A DNA stretch of 62,822 nucleotides, the filler included. It is 6 parts of 6 records of this genome, joined end to end, with 100 filler letters (N's around TTAATTAATTAA, not from the genome) between each part and the next. Parts side by side here need not be neighbours in the genome. Positions count along the whole stretch, not along the records: positions 38,835 to 59,980 come from SRR20825015_388; 5 more parts are not named here. One strand, given 5' to 3'. Each line of letters starts with the position of its first letter. Within the stretch, counting starts at the first letter, position 1. Under the pieces are notes generated by a model. The model was not told where the DNA came from and did not search any database. It worked only from the letters and a program-made list of their open reading frames with translations. Made by a program: the position numbers and the translations under genes. Below, piece by piece: positions 48,401-57,305 of this stretch.

Positions 48401-51045
48401 GTAACCACATCAAACGTATTGTTGTCATCCGTTAAGAAAGAACCGTACTGTTTAGCTTCCGGTGAACGAAGGCCGACAAAGTTGGAAAATGGGGCCAAAT
48501 TTTTGGAGAATACATCTATTGAAAAGTCGCCGCCTCCTTCAAACACTTTTGTTGTAAAAGTTGCTTGCAGCATTCCCGGTGCGTTGCCGTTCACGTCGAT
48601 TTTTTTGTTGATGTCGAGTACTCCATTAGCATCCAAGTTTGATGATATCCATTGCAATTCAGTTTGGTTGAATGTGCGTACAGGGTCTTGGAAAACATAA
48701 CCTTTGTACTTAGGAAATGCTGTGGAGGTCTCGCTCAACGTAGCATTTATATCGATTTTTAAGTTACGTGCTGGAGCGCCATGCAGCCATTTTACTTCGG
48801 CTTTTCCCCTGTTGGTGGAATTGGCTTCCAGTACTTCATCATCAAAAGTAAAATCCACTTTTAATCGATTCGGTTTTACAGTGGCTACCTTTAAAGTTTT
48901 AGTGAACTGTGCCCCTCCCACAATCACTTTGGCAGACCAGTTTCCAGTGGGGGCGGTAGCTTCAGTCGGAATGGGGAAGTAGTAGAAATTCTTTTCTTTT
49001 TTTGCGTACAGACCATCGGCAACGGGAATACTGCCTTCTTTTAAAACATGACGTTGCACCAGTTTACCACGTGCATCACTGACTTCCAAAGCCACGGGGT
49101 GCCCTTTAGGCAAGGGGTTGGCATTGTCATCCAAAACAAAGGTCAAATGAATGATATCGCCGGGTCGGTGTACTCCTCTTTCGGCATACAAATAACCTTG
49201 CAATCCTTTTTGGAGCTGCTCTCCGGAAACATCAAATTTACTCAGGGACAATGCATTTCCGTCCGTAAGTTTGGCATAGGCAAAATTGTTGTTATGTTCT
49301 GCCACCGCAAAGGCAGTGCCCTTGTCGCTATCGTAAACGGAAAGACCTTGTGGATCGGTTGTAACCTCGCCGATATATTGCTGTTGATAGTTGTAGAGTT
49401 TTATTCTGGCTCCTGACACGGGTTGTGTGGTGAGCAAGTTGGTTACGGCAAAATGATGGGAGCGGTTGCTTCCTTTTTTCACGATGAGCCCTAAATCGCT
49501 TCCCAATAGATTTGTTGCTGCTATCCTATCGTAGTTGTAGTAGGCGGAATGGCAAGGGTTGTCCTGCTCTTCCCAATTGTAATCATAATTTCTGTAGTTG
49601 TAGATTTCGTTGTTCCAGTAGCGCTCTTCTTCGGAGGCTTCATCCGAGCTTTGCTCTAAAGCATATTCGGTGTTGGATTCTTCGGTTTCGGCACTATCTC
49701 CACAATCGTAAGTGGTGTGTTCTTTCTTAAAACTGAACTCCACCCGATACAGTGAACCGGGATTTATTTTTATCAACTCCGACAAATCGAGACCATGGGC
49801 CTGCCAGTAGCTGGAATTTTGGTTGCCGTCTTCTGTGAGTGGGAGCACTTTGTAGGCCACCCTGCGACCAACTGGTCTAAAATCGGGACTATAGCTTTCG
49901 GTAAGGTCATAGTTTTGTAGGTATTGGAGCATATTGTCTTGATACACTTGAATGACGCGCACTTCGACGGCAGCAAGGTTGACGGTTTCAAAATAAATTG
50001 GGGTCGATGCGGCATTGGGGAGAATGGTTCCTTTGGAAATCAATCGCACAGCAGGTTTTAGCTGCTCAAAAGATACCAGTTCGGAAAAGTCGTTTTTCAA
50101 GGTAAACCCATATTCACTTTTGATACCTTGAAATACATTGACGCGTACTTCGCCCAAAATGCGATTGGATGGGTAGACGCTTAATACGTTGCCGTTGATT
50201 TCATATCGAACGCTTTCCGAATTTTCAATGGTGACCAAACCATTTAGGTTTTGATCCTGTTTTAATGGTTCAGAGAAATTTAGGGTAAGCACAGCATTGG
50301 GTGATGATGTGGTCTTGGCATCAACAATCACAAATTTGTTTTTACCAGGAATCGTATAATTTTCCGAGCCTTTATTGTCAATATTGAATGCATCGCCTGT
50401 CCAATTGATAATAAGTTCGCTATCGTCCGTTTTTCTGGAAATGCTGTCAATTTTAAAACTGAAGTATTGCGCGTTTTCCGAAATATTGTCCCATTTCACG
50501 GGGATAGTTTTATCTCCCTGTGTAACGGTTAAGACCGATTTTATTTTAGAGGCATCCAATACGTCCGAAGCATCCAAAGTACCCGTTAGGTATTGCCAAT
50601 CTTTGCTATACGACTGTAAATCTCCTAGGTTGACCCTAAAATTAGGGGCAATGGTCTTAAAACTAAAAGTGTACGTCTTAAACTCACTTTTTATATCCTC
50701 GAAGAGTTTGTTGAGTTTCAGGCTAACGGTGTATTCCGTATTTGGTTTTAAATATTCTGTGGGTTGAAAGGTGATTTCCCTTCCATTGTCAATGATCAGT
50801 TGGCCATCCACCTTGGGCGAGATGTCCAAATATTCCTTGGGAAGTTCCTGCGTCAGTTCAAACTGTTCCAACTGTTGGGCCAAGGCTATGGTAATAGGGG
50901 TGGAAATGCTTTGGTTGCCATTGGTATGATAACTAATATAATCCTTGAACTTGAAAAGATTATCGGTTTCGGAGCTGTTCTTTTTTTTACAGGATGCAGC
51001 TAAGATAAGTAGGGTGATAAGAATCGTTTTGTAGGATCGAGACAT
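45487..51045 (-). CDS. Bacterial alpha-2-macroglobulin lipoprotein
   Basis: Lipobox LAASC, MG domains, thioester motif GCVEQ. Confidence 0.95.
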   Translation of the reverse strand: MSRSYKTILITLLILAASCKKKNSSETDNLFKFKDYISYHTNGNQSISTPITIALAQQLEQFELTQELPKEYLDISPKVDGQLIIDNGREITFQPTEYLKPNTEYTVSLKLNKLFEDIKSEFKTYTFSFKTIAPNFRVNLGDLQSYSKDWQYLTGTLDASDVLDASKIKSVLTVTQGDKTIPVKWDNISENAQYFSFKIDSISRKTDDSELIINWTGDAFNIDNKGSENYTIPGKNKFVIVDAKTTSSPNAVLTLNFSEPLKQDQNLNGLVTIENSESVRYEINGNVLSVYPSNRILGEVRVNVFQGIKSEYGFTLKNDFSELVSFEQLKPAVRLISKGTILPNAASTPIYFETVNLAAVEVRVIQVYQDNMLQYLQNYDLTESYSPDFRPVGRRVAYKVLPLTEDGNQNSSYWQAHGLDLSELIKINPGSLYRVEFSFKKEHTTYDCGDSAETEESNTEYALEQSSDEASEEERYWNNEIYNYRNYDYNWEEQDNPCHSAYYNYDRIAATNLLGSDLGLIVKKGSNRSHHFAVTNLLTTQPVSGARIKLYNYQQQYIGEVTTDPQGLSVYDSDKGTAFAVAEHNNNFAYAKLTDGNALSLSKFDVSGEQLQKGLQGYLYAERGVHRPGDIIHLTFVLDDNANPLPKGHPVALEVSDARGKLVQRHVLKEGSIPVADGLYAKKEKNFYYFPIPTEATAPTGNWSAKVIVGGAQFTKTLKVATVKPNRLKVDFTFDDEVLEANSTNRGKAEVKWLHGAPARNLKIDINATLSETSTAFPKYKGYVFQDPVRTFNQTELQWISSNLDANGVLDINKKIDVNGNAPGMLQATFTTKVFEGGGDFSIDVFSKNLAPFSNFVGLRSPEAKQYGSFLTDDNNTFDVVTVDAQGNPSGNRKLKVQVFKIEWRWWWNRGYDNLSRYENATVHRPFKEMNVTTGSEGKANFNINVPDEQGGRYLIRVIDEVSGHATGRTAYFYRNWWRRPSSADAESSKILIFSTDKEKYTLGEKATVTFPSDKGGRALISIENGTEVLSQQWIETSAKETRATIPITAEMAPNAYVNISLLQPHSQVKNDLPIRLYGVVPLLVENPATFLEPQISMPDVLQPETSYKVTISEANKKPMTYSLAVVDDGLLDLTRFTTPDIHSAFYARQALGVKTFDIFDDVMGAYSVSVDNIYAIGGGGIGAGAKNRKAQRFKPVVTYLGPFTLKAGEKASHTIDMPNYVGSVRTMVVAGNLNSAYGNSEKTTPVRKPLMVLTSIPRKLSPGETVTIPVTVFAMEPKVKNVKVNIDAGKALEPINGTSKSITFNAVGEQIVNFDFKVNPTSSFQTIKVIATGAGESASNETEIDVENPNPVTTKSELYTLDPNASQTISMETFGTSGTNTAFIEFSTLPPMDFSKRMDYLLRYPHGCVEQTTSAAFPQLFLADVLDITFDKKKEIEKNIKAAIERLGDFQVPNGGLSYWPGYGNADDWGTSYAGHFMLEAKQQGYQLPLNFLSNWLRYQKNAARQWSNQSTYYNDDVSQAYRLYSLALAQQPELAAMNRLRETANLSNEAKWRLAAAYALVGKKEVAEAIAQKANINFKPNNYNYRTYGSVFRNRAMALETMVILGDTQQRELAVSLAKNLSSQQWYSTQETAFALLAMSKMVMKNGGRSIDLTFTNNRKNINVKTDRAIAQRELSVTSFKEDIEVKNNQGNIIYATLTQTGKLPVGEELTQQQNLRLSVNYQDPLGNSVNINELRQGTEFEAKVTIFNSSDDYIDNVALTHIVPSGWEIVDTSFVSGDNENASKADYVDTRDDRTHLYFDLDAKKSKVFTIKLNASFLGDYYLPGAQVEAMYDNNYQARNKGQWVKIVQ

Positions 51046-51263
51046 GAGAAAGCTAGTGTTTTTATTCAAAAGTTAATCTGAAAGCAAGATACTTAAAATT
51101 GAAAAGCGGCATAGCATAAGTTTACGGATGGTGCTTTTGAGTTTACGTATGAAGGTCGGGGGATAATTTTCTCAAAGTTTCGTTAAAAGTGCTTTCACTT
51201 AATTTACCAATCCGATATTTAGCAGTCTAAACACCATAAGTAACCATACAAGACAGATTCAAA

Positions 51264-54050
51264 TTGGGAAAAAATTACCTTCACTACGCTTTAATTCTAT
51301 TATTTTTTTCGTTTTCCACTGCACAAAGCCAAGACTTTTTGGTCAAGGGAAAAATTGTTGATGCAGCCACAGGATTACCAATCGAAGCCGCTACCATTTA
51401 CGCGGAGACCTTAAGGGACAGTACTTTAATTACCTACACGATAACCAATTCAGAAGGAATTTTTGCCTTGGAGGGAAAAACGGCTTATAAAAAAGCGAGA
51501 TTGGCATTTTCCAGCAATGGCTTTACACCCCAAATACGTGAAGTGACCTTGGAACCTGTGATGGAGATTGGGACAATCAAAATGGAGGAGCGGGTGCAAC
51601 AATTGGACGGTATTGATCTAGTGGGAGAACGCGTTCCAATAACGGTAAAGAAGGATACGCTGGAATTTAATGCAGATTCCTTTAAGACAAGACCAGACGC
51701 AACCGTGGAAGATGTGTTGAAAAAACTCCCCGGTGTGGAAGTGGCCAGTAATGGTACCATAACTGTTAACGGAAAAGAGGTTAATCAAGTGCTCGTAAAC
51801 GGTCAAGTGTTTTTTAGCACCGACCCAAAAGTCGCCACAAAATCTTTGTCCAAGGATGTTATTAGCAAAATACAGATTACGGACACCAAGACCAAGGAAC
51901 AGGAATTTATCGGAGAATCAGGCAACGGAGAGACCAAAACCATCAATCTTACTTTAAAGGAGGATAAGAACAAAGGATATATGGGTAGGTTGTCCGGAGG
52001 TTATGGTACGGATGATAGATACCAGGCAAACGGCCTTCTAAACTATTTCAACGATACGGAACGCATCAGTGTTCTTGGGAGTAGTAATAATATCAACAAC
52101 CCTGGATTTTCATTTGATGAAATCTATGAAATGGTCGGGAATTCAAGGGGTGGAGGTATCAATTTCAATAGAAATGGTTCCTTTTCCATTGGAAACATGT
52201 CGTTCGGTTTTGGCGAAGGTATCGTTACATCTTCTACCATTGGAGGGAATTATGCCAATCAGGATAAAGGGAAATATAAGGCTGATGGAAATTATTTTTA
52301 TGCCTATAGCGATTCTTATAATGATGAGCGGACATCCAGGGAAAATATTTTGCCCGATGGAAGTTTTTTTACCGATACCGAGACCAATTTTGTGGGCGGG
52401 ACCATATCCAACCAAGCTGCGGCCAATTTAGAGTTTGATGTGAACAAGACTACAAGGATTACCATACAGCCGAATTTTAATGTGAACAATACCAACTCAT
52501 CCAATCTTGAGAACACAGTTTCCACAGATGGGGATGGTAATTTGATCAACGATAATACATCTTTACAGGTAACCGATGGTTTCCAGCGAAATTTTGGCAA
52601 TAGGTTGGAGATTATGAAACGCTTGGATACGTTGGGCAAATATGTGCGTGTATATTTCAACAATGATAATCGGGTAAGCGATTCTGAAACCTCACTGAAT
52701 TCTGAAAGAAATATTTATGGCGACGACCCTAGTCAAGTACTTTTGGACCAAAGAACTTTGGTGGATAACTCCAATGATAATTATGAGTTGGGTGGCTCCT
52801 ACCGACAGCCGCTTAACAAGGAGCTGTATTTGGATTTTAGATATAGTTACGAGAAAAACGAACAGCAGAACCAAAGAACGGTTTCTGATTTTGATGAGCT
52901 CACGGGTGAATATATTTACAACATGGAACTAAGTTCCGATTTTGATTTTAAGGTGAACAAGCATGTACCGGAGGTGGGCGTTGGCTCCAATGGTAAAAAA
53001 CTAAGATTCAACCTTAGGGCGCGTTTGGAGAGCAATAGGTTGGAAAACGAGGATTTTATACAGGAAACCTCCTTTTCCAAGGATTATAACAACTTGCTTT
53101 TAAGTTCTTACGCCAACTATGACCTTGGCAATAACAAACGGATGAGTTTTAACTATCGTTCCCAATTGCAGGTACCGTCTATAAACCAAATGCAGCCAGT
53201 TCCCAATGTGAGCAATCCATTGAACATTGTTCAAGGTAACCCCAACTTGGACCCTCAGATTAACCATAATTTTTATTTGAATTTCAATAACTACAATTGG
53301 AGGGAAAGAACGGGAGTATTCTTTTGGGCCAATTTGGGTATAGATGAGGACAGGATAGTATCCAGCACTACAACGGATGAAGACTTCATCAGAACGACGA
53401 CTTACCAAAATGTAAAGGGCAATTACAATGCGGCGATGGGCATCAATTACTCAAAACAGATTAAAAAGGATAGTCTTTATACCTTAAAATTCACCCTGAG
53501 GCCCAATGCGAGCATTAACAAGCAGGTGGGTTTCACCAATGGGTCCCAACTAGAATCCAACACTTTTGCGATCAGGCCCAGCGCGGGACTTTTGTTCAAC
53601 TATAAGGAAATGCTGGAGATTGAACCCGAGTACACTTTGGCCGTAAATGCTACGCGATATAATTTGGACAATGTGGAAGATGTTGATTTTACGACACACA
53701 ATCTATCTTTTAAGCTCACCTCTTATTGGCCAGAAAACTTGGTGTGGGGCAATGACATCACCTATAGTTACAATGGTAACCTTGGTGCGGGGTTTGATAA
53801 GGACGCCATATTTTGGAACATGAGTTTAGGCGTGCAAATGTTCAAAAAGAAAGCAACGTTAAAGGTGTTGGCCTACGACCTTCTCAATCAGAACATCAAC
53901 ACCAGAAGGACCACTGGACAGGATTTTATCCAGGATTTTCAGGGTACCGCACTTAAACGTTACTTTATGGGCAGCTTGACCATAAAATTTGATTCTTTTG
54001 GTGGTGGGGGAGCACCGGAAAAAAGAGGTGGACGGTTTATCAGATTGTAA
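51264..54050 (+). CDS. Outer membrane beta-barrel protein (TonB-receptor-like, carboxypeptidase-regulatory-like N-domain)
   Basis: Signal peptide, KKDTLEFNADSF, LKKLPGVEV motifs, barrel-like C-terminus. Confidence 0.88.
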   Translation: MGKNYLHYALILLFFSFSTAQSQDFLVKGKIVDAATGLPIEAATIYAETLRDSTLITYTITNSEGIFALEGKTAYKKARLAFSSNGFTPQIREVTLEPVMEIGTIKMEERVQQLDGIDLVGERVPITVKKDTLEFNADSFKTRPDATVEDVLKKLPGVEVASNGTITVNGKEVNQVLVNGQVFFSTDPKVATKSLSKDVISKIQITDTKTKEQEFIGESGNGETKTINLTLKEDKNKGYMGRLSGGYGTDDRYQANGLLNYFNDTERISVLGSSNNINNPGFSFDEIYEMVGNSRGGGINFNRNGSFSIGNMSFGFGEGIVTSSTIGGNYANQDKGKYKADGNYFYAYSDSYNDERTSRENILPDGSFFTDTETNFVGGTISNQAAANLEFDVNKTTRITIQPNFNVNNTNSSNLENTVSTDGDGNLINDNTSLQVTDGFQRNFGNRLEIMKRLDTLGKYVRVYFNNDNRVSDSETSLNSERNIYGDDPSQVLLDQRTLVDNSNDNYELGGSYRQPLNKELYLDFRYSYEKNEQQNQRTVSDFDELTGEYIYNMELSSDFDFKVNKHVPEVGVGSNGKKLRFNLRARLESNRLENEDFIQETSFSKDYNNLLLSSYANYDLGNNKRMSFNYRSQLQVPSINQMQPVPNVSNPLNIVQGNPNLDPQINHNFYLNFNNYNWRERTGVFFWANLGIDEDRIVSSTTTDEDFIRTTTYQNVKGNYNAAMGINYSKQIKKDSLYTLKFTLRPNASINKQVGFTNGSQLESNTFAIRPSAGLLFNYKEMLEIEPEYTLAVNATRYNLDNVEDVDFTTHNLSFKLTSYWPENLVWGNDITYSYNGNLGAGFDKDAIFWNMSLGVQMFKKKATLKVLAYDLLNQNINTRRTTGQDFIQDFQGTALKRYFMGSLTIKFDSFGGGGAPEKRGGRFIRL

Positions 54051-54065
54051 AAAAAAGGAGTTTGG

Positions 54066-54854
54066 TTACCATCCGCCGGAGGCACCGCCCCCGCCAAATC
54101 CACCTCCTCCGAAGCCTCCACTGAATCCACCGCCGCTGAATCCTCCTCCGCTACCAAATCCTCCTGAAGATCCAGAGCTACGTCCCATGTTGCTCAGAAT
54201 GATCATATCCCAAATGCTTGGGCCTCGACCTCCACGGCCACCATTGCCACCTCCACCTTTATTTTTTCGGCTCCAAAGAATAATGATGATGACAAAAAAG
54301 ATGATTATCGGAAAAAGTGCATCTATCGGGAATTTTTTACCGTTGCCAAAAGTCCGGTCCTCGGTAAACTCGCCCGTCAATACTTTAAAAATTGCATCAG
54401 AACCTTTGTCAAGACCACTATAATAATCTCCTTTCTTAAATTCGGGAATGATCACTGTTTCTATAATACGTCTCGACATTAGGTCGGTGAGTCTGCCTTC
54501 TACACCATATCCCGTGTTGATGGCAATTCTGCGGTCGTCCCTTGCCAGCAGTACCAATACACCATTGTCCTTGTCCGCTTGCCCGATGCCCCATTTTTGG
54601 CCCCATTGCGCTCCCAAAAAGTTGATTTCCTCACCTTCTGTGGAACTGATTATGGCCACAACGATCTGTGTGGAGGTGCTGTCCGAATACCGAACGAGCT
54701 TTTGTTCCAATGCACTATACTGAGCGGGGGACAATAGGTCCACGTAGTCGTAAACGCTCGTCTGTTTTTTGGGTTTAGCTGGTATGGTGAACTGCCCCCA
54801 AGTTAGGGAAACACATAAAAAAGCCAGTAAAAAACTACCCTTTGGATATCGCAT
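54066..54854 (-). CDS. TPM domain protein with Gly-rich tail
   Basis: WGIGQADKDNGVL, GYGVEGRLTD, GGGFGGGGASGGW. Confidence 0.92.
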   Translation of the reverse strand: MRYPKGSFLLAFLCVSLTWGQFTIPAKPKKQTSVYDYVDLLSPAQYSALEQKLVRYSDSTSTQIVVAIISSTEGEEINFLGAQWGQKWGIGQADKDNGVLVLLARDDRRIAINTGYGVEGRLTDLMSRRIIETVIIPEFKKGDYYSGLDKGSDAIFKVLTGEFTEDRTFGNGKKFPIDALFPIIIFFVIIIILWSRKNKGGGGNGGRGGRGPSIWDMIILSNMGRSSGSSGGFGSGGGFSGGGFSGGFGGGGFGGGGASGGW

Positions 54855-55272
54855 CGTTGAGTTCATTGATATCATTTTGTTGCCATGGAAAATGGGTCTG
54901 TAGCTCTTTGCCGGCCATCAGAACACCTTCAATGATACCTTGTTTAAAATTTCCTTTTTTAAAGTGCGAAGCGATCACATCCTTGGTAGTATCCCAAAAT
55001 CCTTTGGGAACGGCCCTATCAATACCCTCACCGCCATAGATTACAAATTTTCTATCGTCCACGGCCACATATAAAAGCACCCCATTGCCCTCCTTGGTAT
55101 TGTCCATTTTCAGGAAATGAAATATTTGCTGGGCCCTGCTAAAGTGGTCTATTTTGGAAGTGGATTCAATATGTACGCGGATTTCTCCGGAAGTATTTTT
55201 TTCGGCTTCTACAATGGCGTTTACAATATCGTTCTCTTCCTCGGCAGTTAAAAATTCTTCTACGTGCGACAT
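54835..55272 (-). CDS. TPM domain protein
   Basis: AEKNTSGEIRVHIE, NGVLLY, DINEL motifs. Confidence 0.9.
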   Translation of the reverse strand: MSHVEEFLTAEEENDIVNAIVEAEKNTSGEIRVHIESTSKIDHFSRAQQIFHFLKMDNTKEGNGVLLYVAVDDRKFVIYGGEGIDRAVPKGFWDTTKDVIASHFKKGNFKQGIIEGVLMAGKELQTHFPWQQNDINELNDAISKG

Positions 55273-55275
55273 TGG

Positions 55276-55875
55276 CTAGTTGAATTCAAAGTTCACATCG
55301 GGGGCTTTTTCGGAACCCGCATCAGATTTAAACAATGGCATGGAGTCAAAGTTTCCGATACTGGCAACAATATTGGTTGGAATTTGTTGGATTTTGATGT
55401 TGTACTCACCGGCAAGATCATTGAAACGGTTACGTTCCACATTGATTCTGTTCTCGGTGCCTTCCAACTGCGATTGAAGCTCCAAAAAATTCTGGCTTGC
55501 TTTCAGGTCGGGATAGCGTTCCACTGTTACCAATAATCTGGAAAGTGCAGAGGATAATCCCGTTTGGGCCTGTTGGAACTCAGCCAACTGTTCCGGTGTA
55601 AGGTTGTTTGCATCAATATTGGTGGATGTGGCCTTTGCCCTTGCTTCGATTACGTCCGAAAGGGTTTCACGTTCAAAATCCGCGGCACCCTGAACTGTTT
55701 TTACAAGGTTTCCGATCAAGTCGCTTCTGCGCTGGTACGAGCTCTCCACATTGGCCCACTGTTTCGTGGCCTGTCCTTTCATGTTGATGAGGTTGTTGTT
55801 GGTCCTAACGTACCAACCCACGACGATTACGCCAATCAACCCGAGGACAATAATGGCTATGATACCTTTTTTCAT
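55276..55875 (-). CDS. lemA: LemA family protein
   Basis: YQRRSDLI, ERYPDLKA, LEGTENRI motifs. Confidence 0.95.
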   Translation of the reverse strand: MKKGIIAIIVLGLIGVIVVGWYVRTNNNLINMKGQATKQWANVESSYQRRSDLIGNLVKTVQGAADFERETLSDVIEARAKATSTNIDANNLTPEQLAEFQQAQTGLSSALSRLLVTVERYPDLKASQNFLELQSQLEGTENRINVERNRFNDLAGEYNIKIQQIPTNIVASIGNFDSMPLFKSDAGSEKAPDVNFEFN

Positions 55876-55894
55876 TTTCTATTGGTTAAAGTTT

Positions 55895-56224
55895 TTATAG
55901 TTGTTCTTTGATCTTTAGCAGTTCCGCTTTCACCTTTTGTAGTTTTTGAATCACTTCAAAATTGGAAAGCGCCTTTTGCTTTTCTTCCTTCAAATGCGTT
56001 TTGGCCCCTTCCAAGGTAAACCCACGTTCCTTGACCAAATGATAGATCAGTTGAAGGTTTTGGATATCCTGTGGCGTGAATTTGCGATTGCCCTTGGCAT
56101 TCTTTTTGGGTTGCAATACGTCGAACTCTTTCTCCCAAAAACGGATTAGAGAGGTATTTACCCCAAAGGCCTTGGCCACTTCGCCAATGCCATAATATCG
56201 TTTTTCGGGTAGATCTACGTGCAT
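55895..56224 (-). CDS. MerR family HTH protein
   Basis: YYGIGEVA..F.VNTSLIRFWE motif. Confidence 0.92.
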   Translation of the reverse strand: MHVDLPEKRYYGIGEVAKAFGVNTSLIRFWEKEFDVLQPKKNAKGNRKFTPQDIQNLQLIYHLVKERGFTLEGAKTHLKEEKQKALSNFEVIQKLQKVKAELLKIKEQL

Positions 56225-57201
56225 TAATCCAGCGATTGGTTCTCTTGGTTTGCCAATCGGAGCATGTTATCAAACTCTTCGGCAGATAAACTTCCATAGT
56301 AGAAGTTGATCGGGTTGATACGCTCACCATCTTTAAATACTTCGTAATGAACGTGTGGTGCTTCGGAACGTCCCGTGCTGCCAACAAAGCCGATAAGGTC
56401 TCCCCTTTTGACTTTTTGACCGACCGTTACATTGTATTTGCTCATGTGGCCATATAGCGAGATATAACCGTAGCCATGATCGATACGGACGTGTTTTCCA
56501 TAACCTGAGGACCTGTTGTCGGCCCGAACTACTTTTCCGTCACCGGTGGCATAAATTGGTGAACCCCTGGGCGCGGTAAAATCCATTCCCCAGTGCATTT
56601 TGCGGGCTTTTGTAAACGGGTCGGAACGCCAACCGTAACCTGAGGCCATTCGTGTAAGATCTTCGTTGCTTACGGGTTGAATTGCAGGAATGGAAGCCAA
56701 TAGTTTTTCTTTCTCCTCTGCCAATTTGGCTATTTCATCCAAGGATTTGGATTGTATGACCATTCCTTTTTGAATGATGTCCAACCGCTTTGTGGCATCA
56801 ATAATAATCTCGGAATTGTTGAAACCTTCAAGGTCTTTATAGCGGTTTATACCACCAAAACCAGCTCTTCGCTGTTCCTCAGGTATCGGATTTGCTTCAA
56901 AATATAAACGGTAGATGTTATTGTCCCTTTCCTCGATATTACCCAAAACTTGTTCCATTTGGTCCATTTTACGGTTGAGGATATCAAATTGGAGCTCGTA
57001 GTTCCGTACTTCCCTTTCCAGAGAAAGTTCTTTGGGCGTATTTACCCATCGGGTGTTCAAAAGAATGATCAGTCCAAGGAAACCGAACAATGCTGAACCC
57101 AGCAAGAATAGGAAAATATTCCTATATTTTTTCGATTTTTTCGGCTCGATCTTTCTGTACGAAAGGGTATCCGGATCGTAATAGTACTTTACTTTAGACA
57201 T
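56224..57201 (-). CDS. M23 family metallopeptidase
   Basis: HWGMD, YGHMS, PHVHYEV motifs. Confidence 0.93.
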   Translation of the reverse strand: MSKVKYYYDPDTLSYRKIEPKKSKKYRNIFLFLLGSALFGFLGLIILLNTRWVNTPKELSLEREVRNYELQFDILNRKMDQMEQVLGNIEERDNNIYRLYFEANPIPEEQRRAGFGGINRYKDLEGFNNSEIIIDATKRLDIIQKGMVIQSKSLDEIAKLAEEKEKLLASIPAIQPVSNEDLTRMASGYGWRSDPFTKARKMHWGMDFTAPRGSPIYATGDGKVVRADNRSSGYGKHVRIDHGYGYISLYGHMSKYNVTVGQKVKRGDLIGFVGSTGRSEAPHVHYEVFKDGERINPINFYYGSLSAEEFDNMLRLANQENQSLD

Positions 57202-57305
57202 GAATGGATTTTATCCTATTTTTGCTCACTCATTTTAATCAGAACAAACAAATATAAAAATTGTTTTGCTTAAACTGTTAAATTTAAGAAAACCCTAGGA
57301 ATTCA

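Noticed and set aside
43105-51045. Alpha-2-macroglobulin plus pbpC as a novel system
   Set aside because: Well-known conserved pair with an intact thioester motif.
54066-54260. Low-complexity repeat or Pro-rich plus-strand ORF
   Set aside because: Encodes the ordinary Gly-rich tail of the TPM protein on the minus strand.
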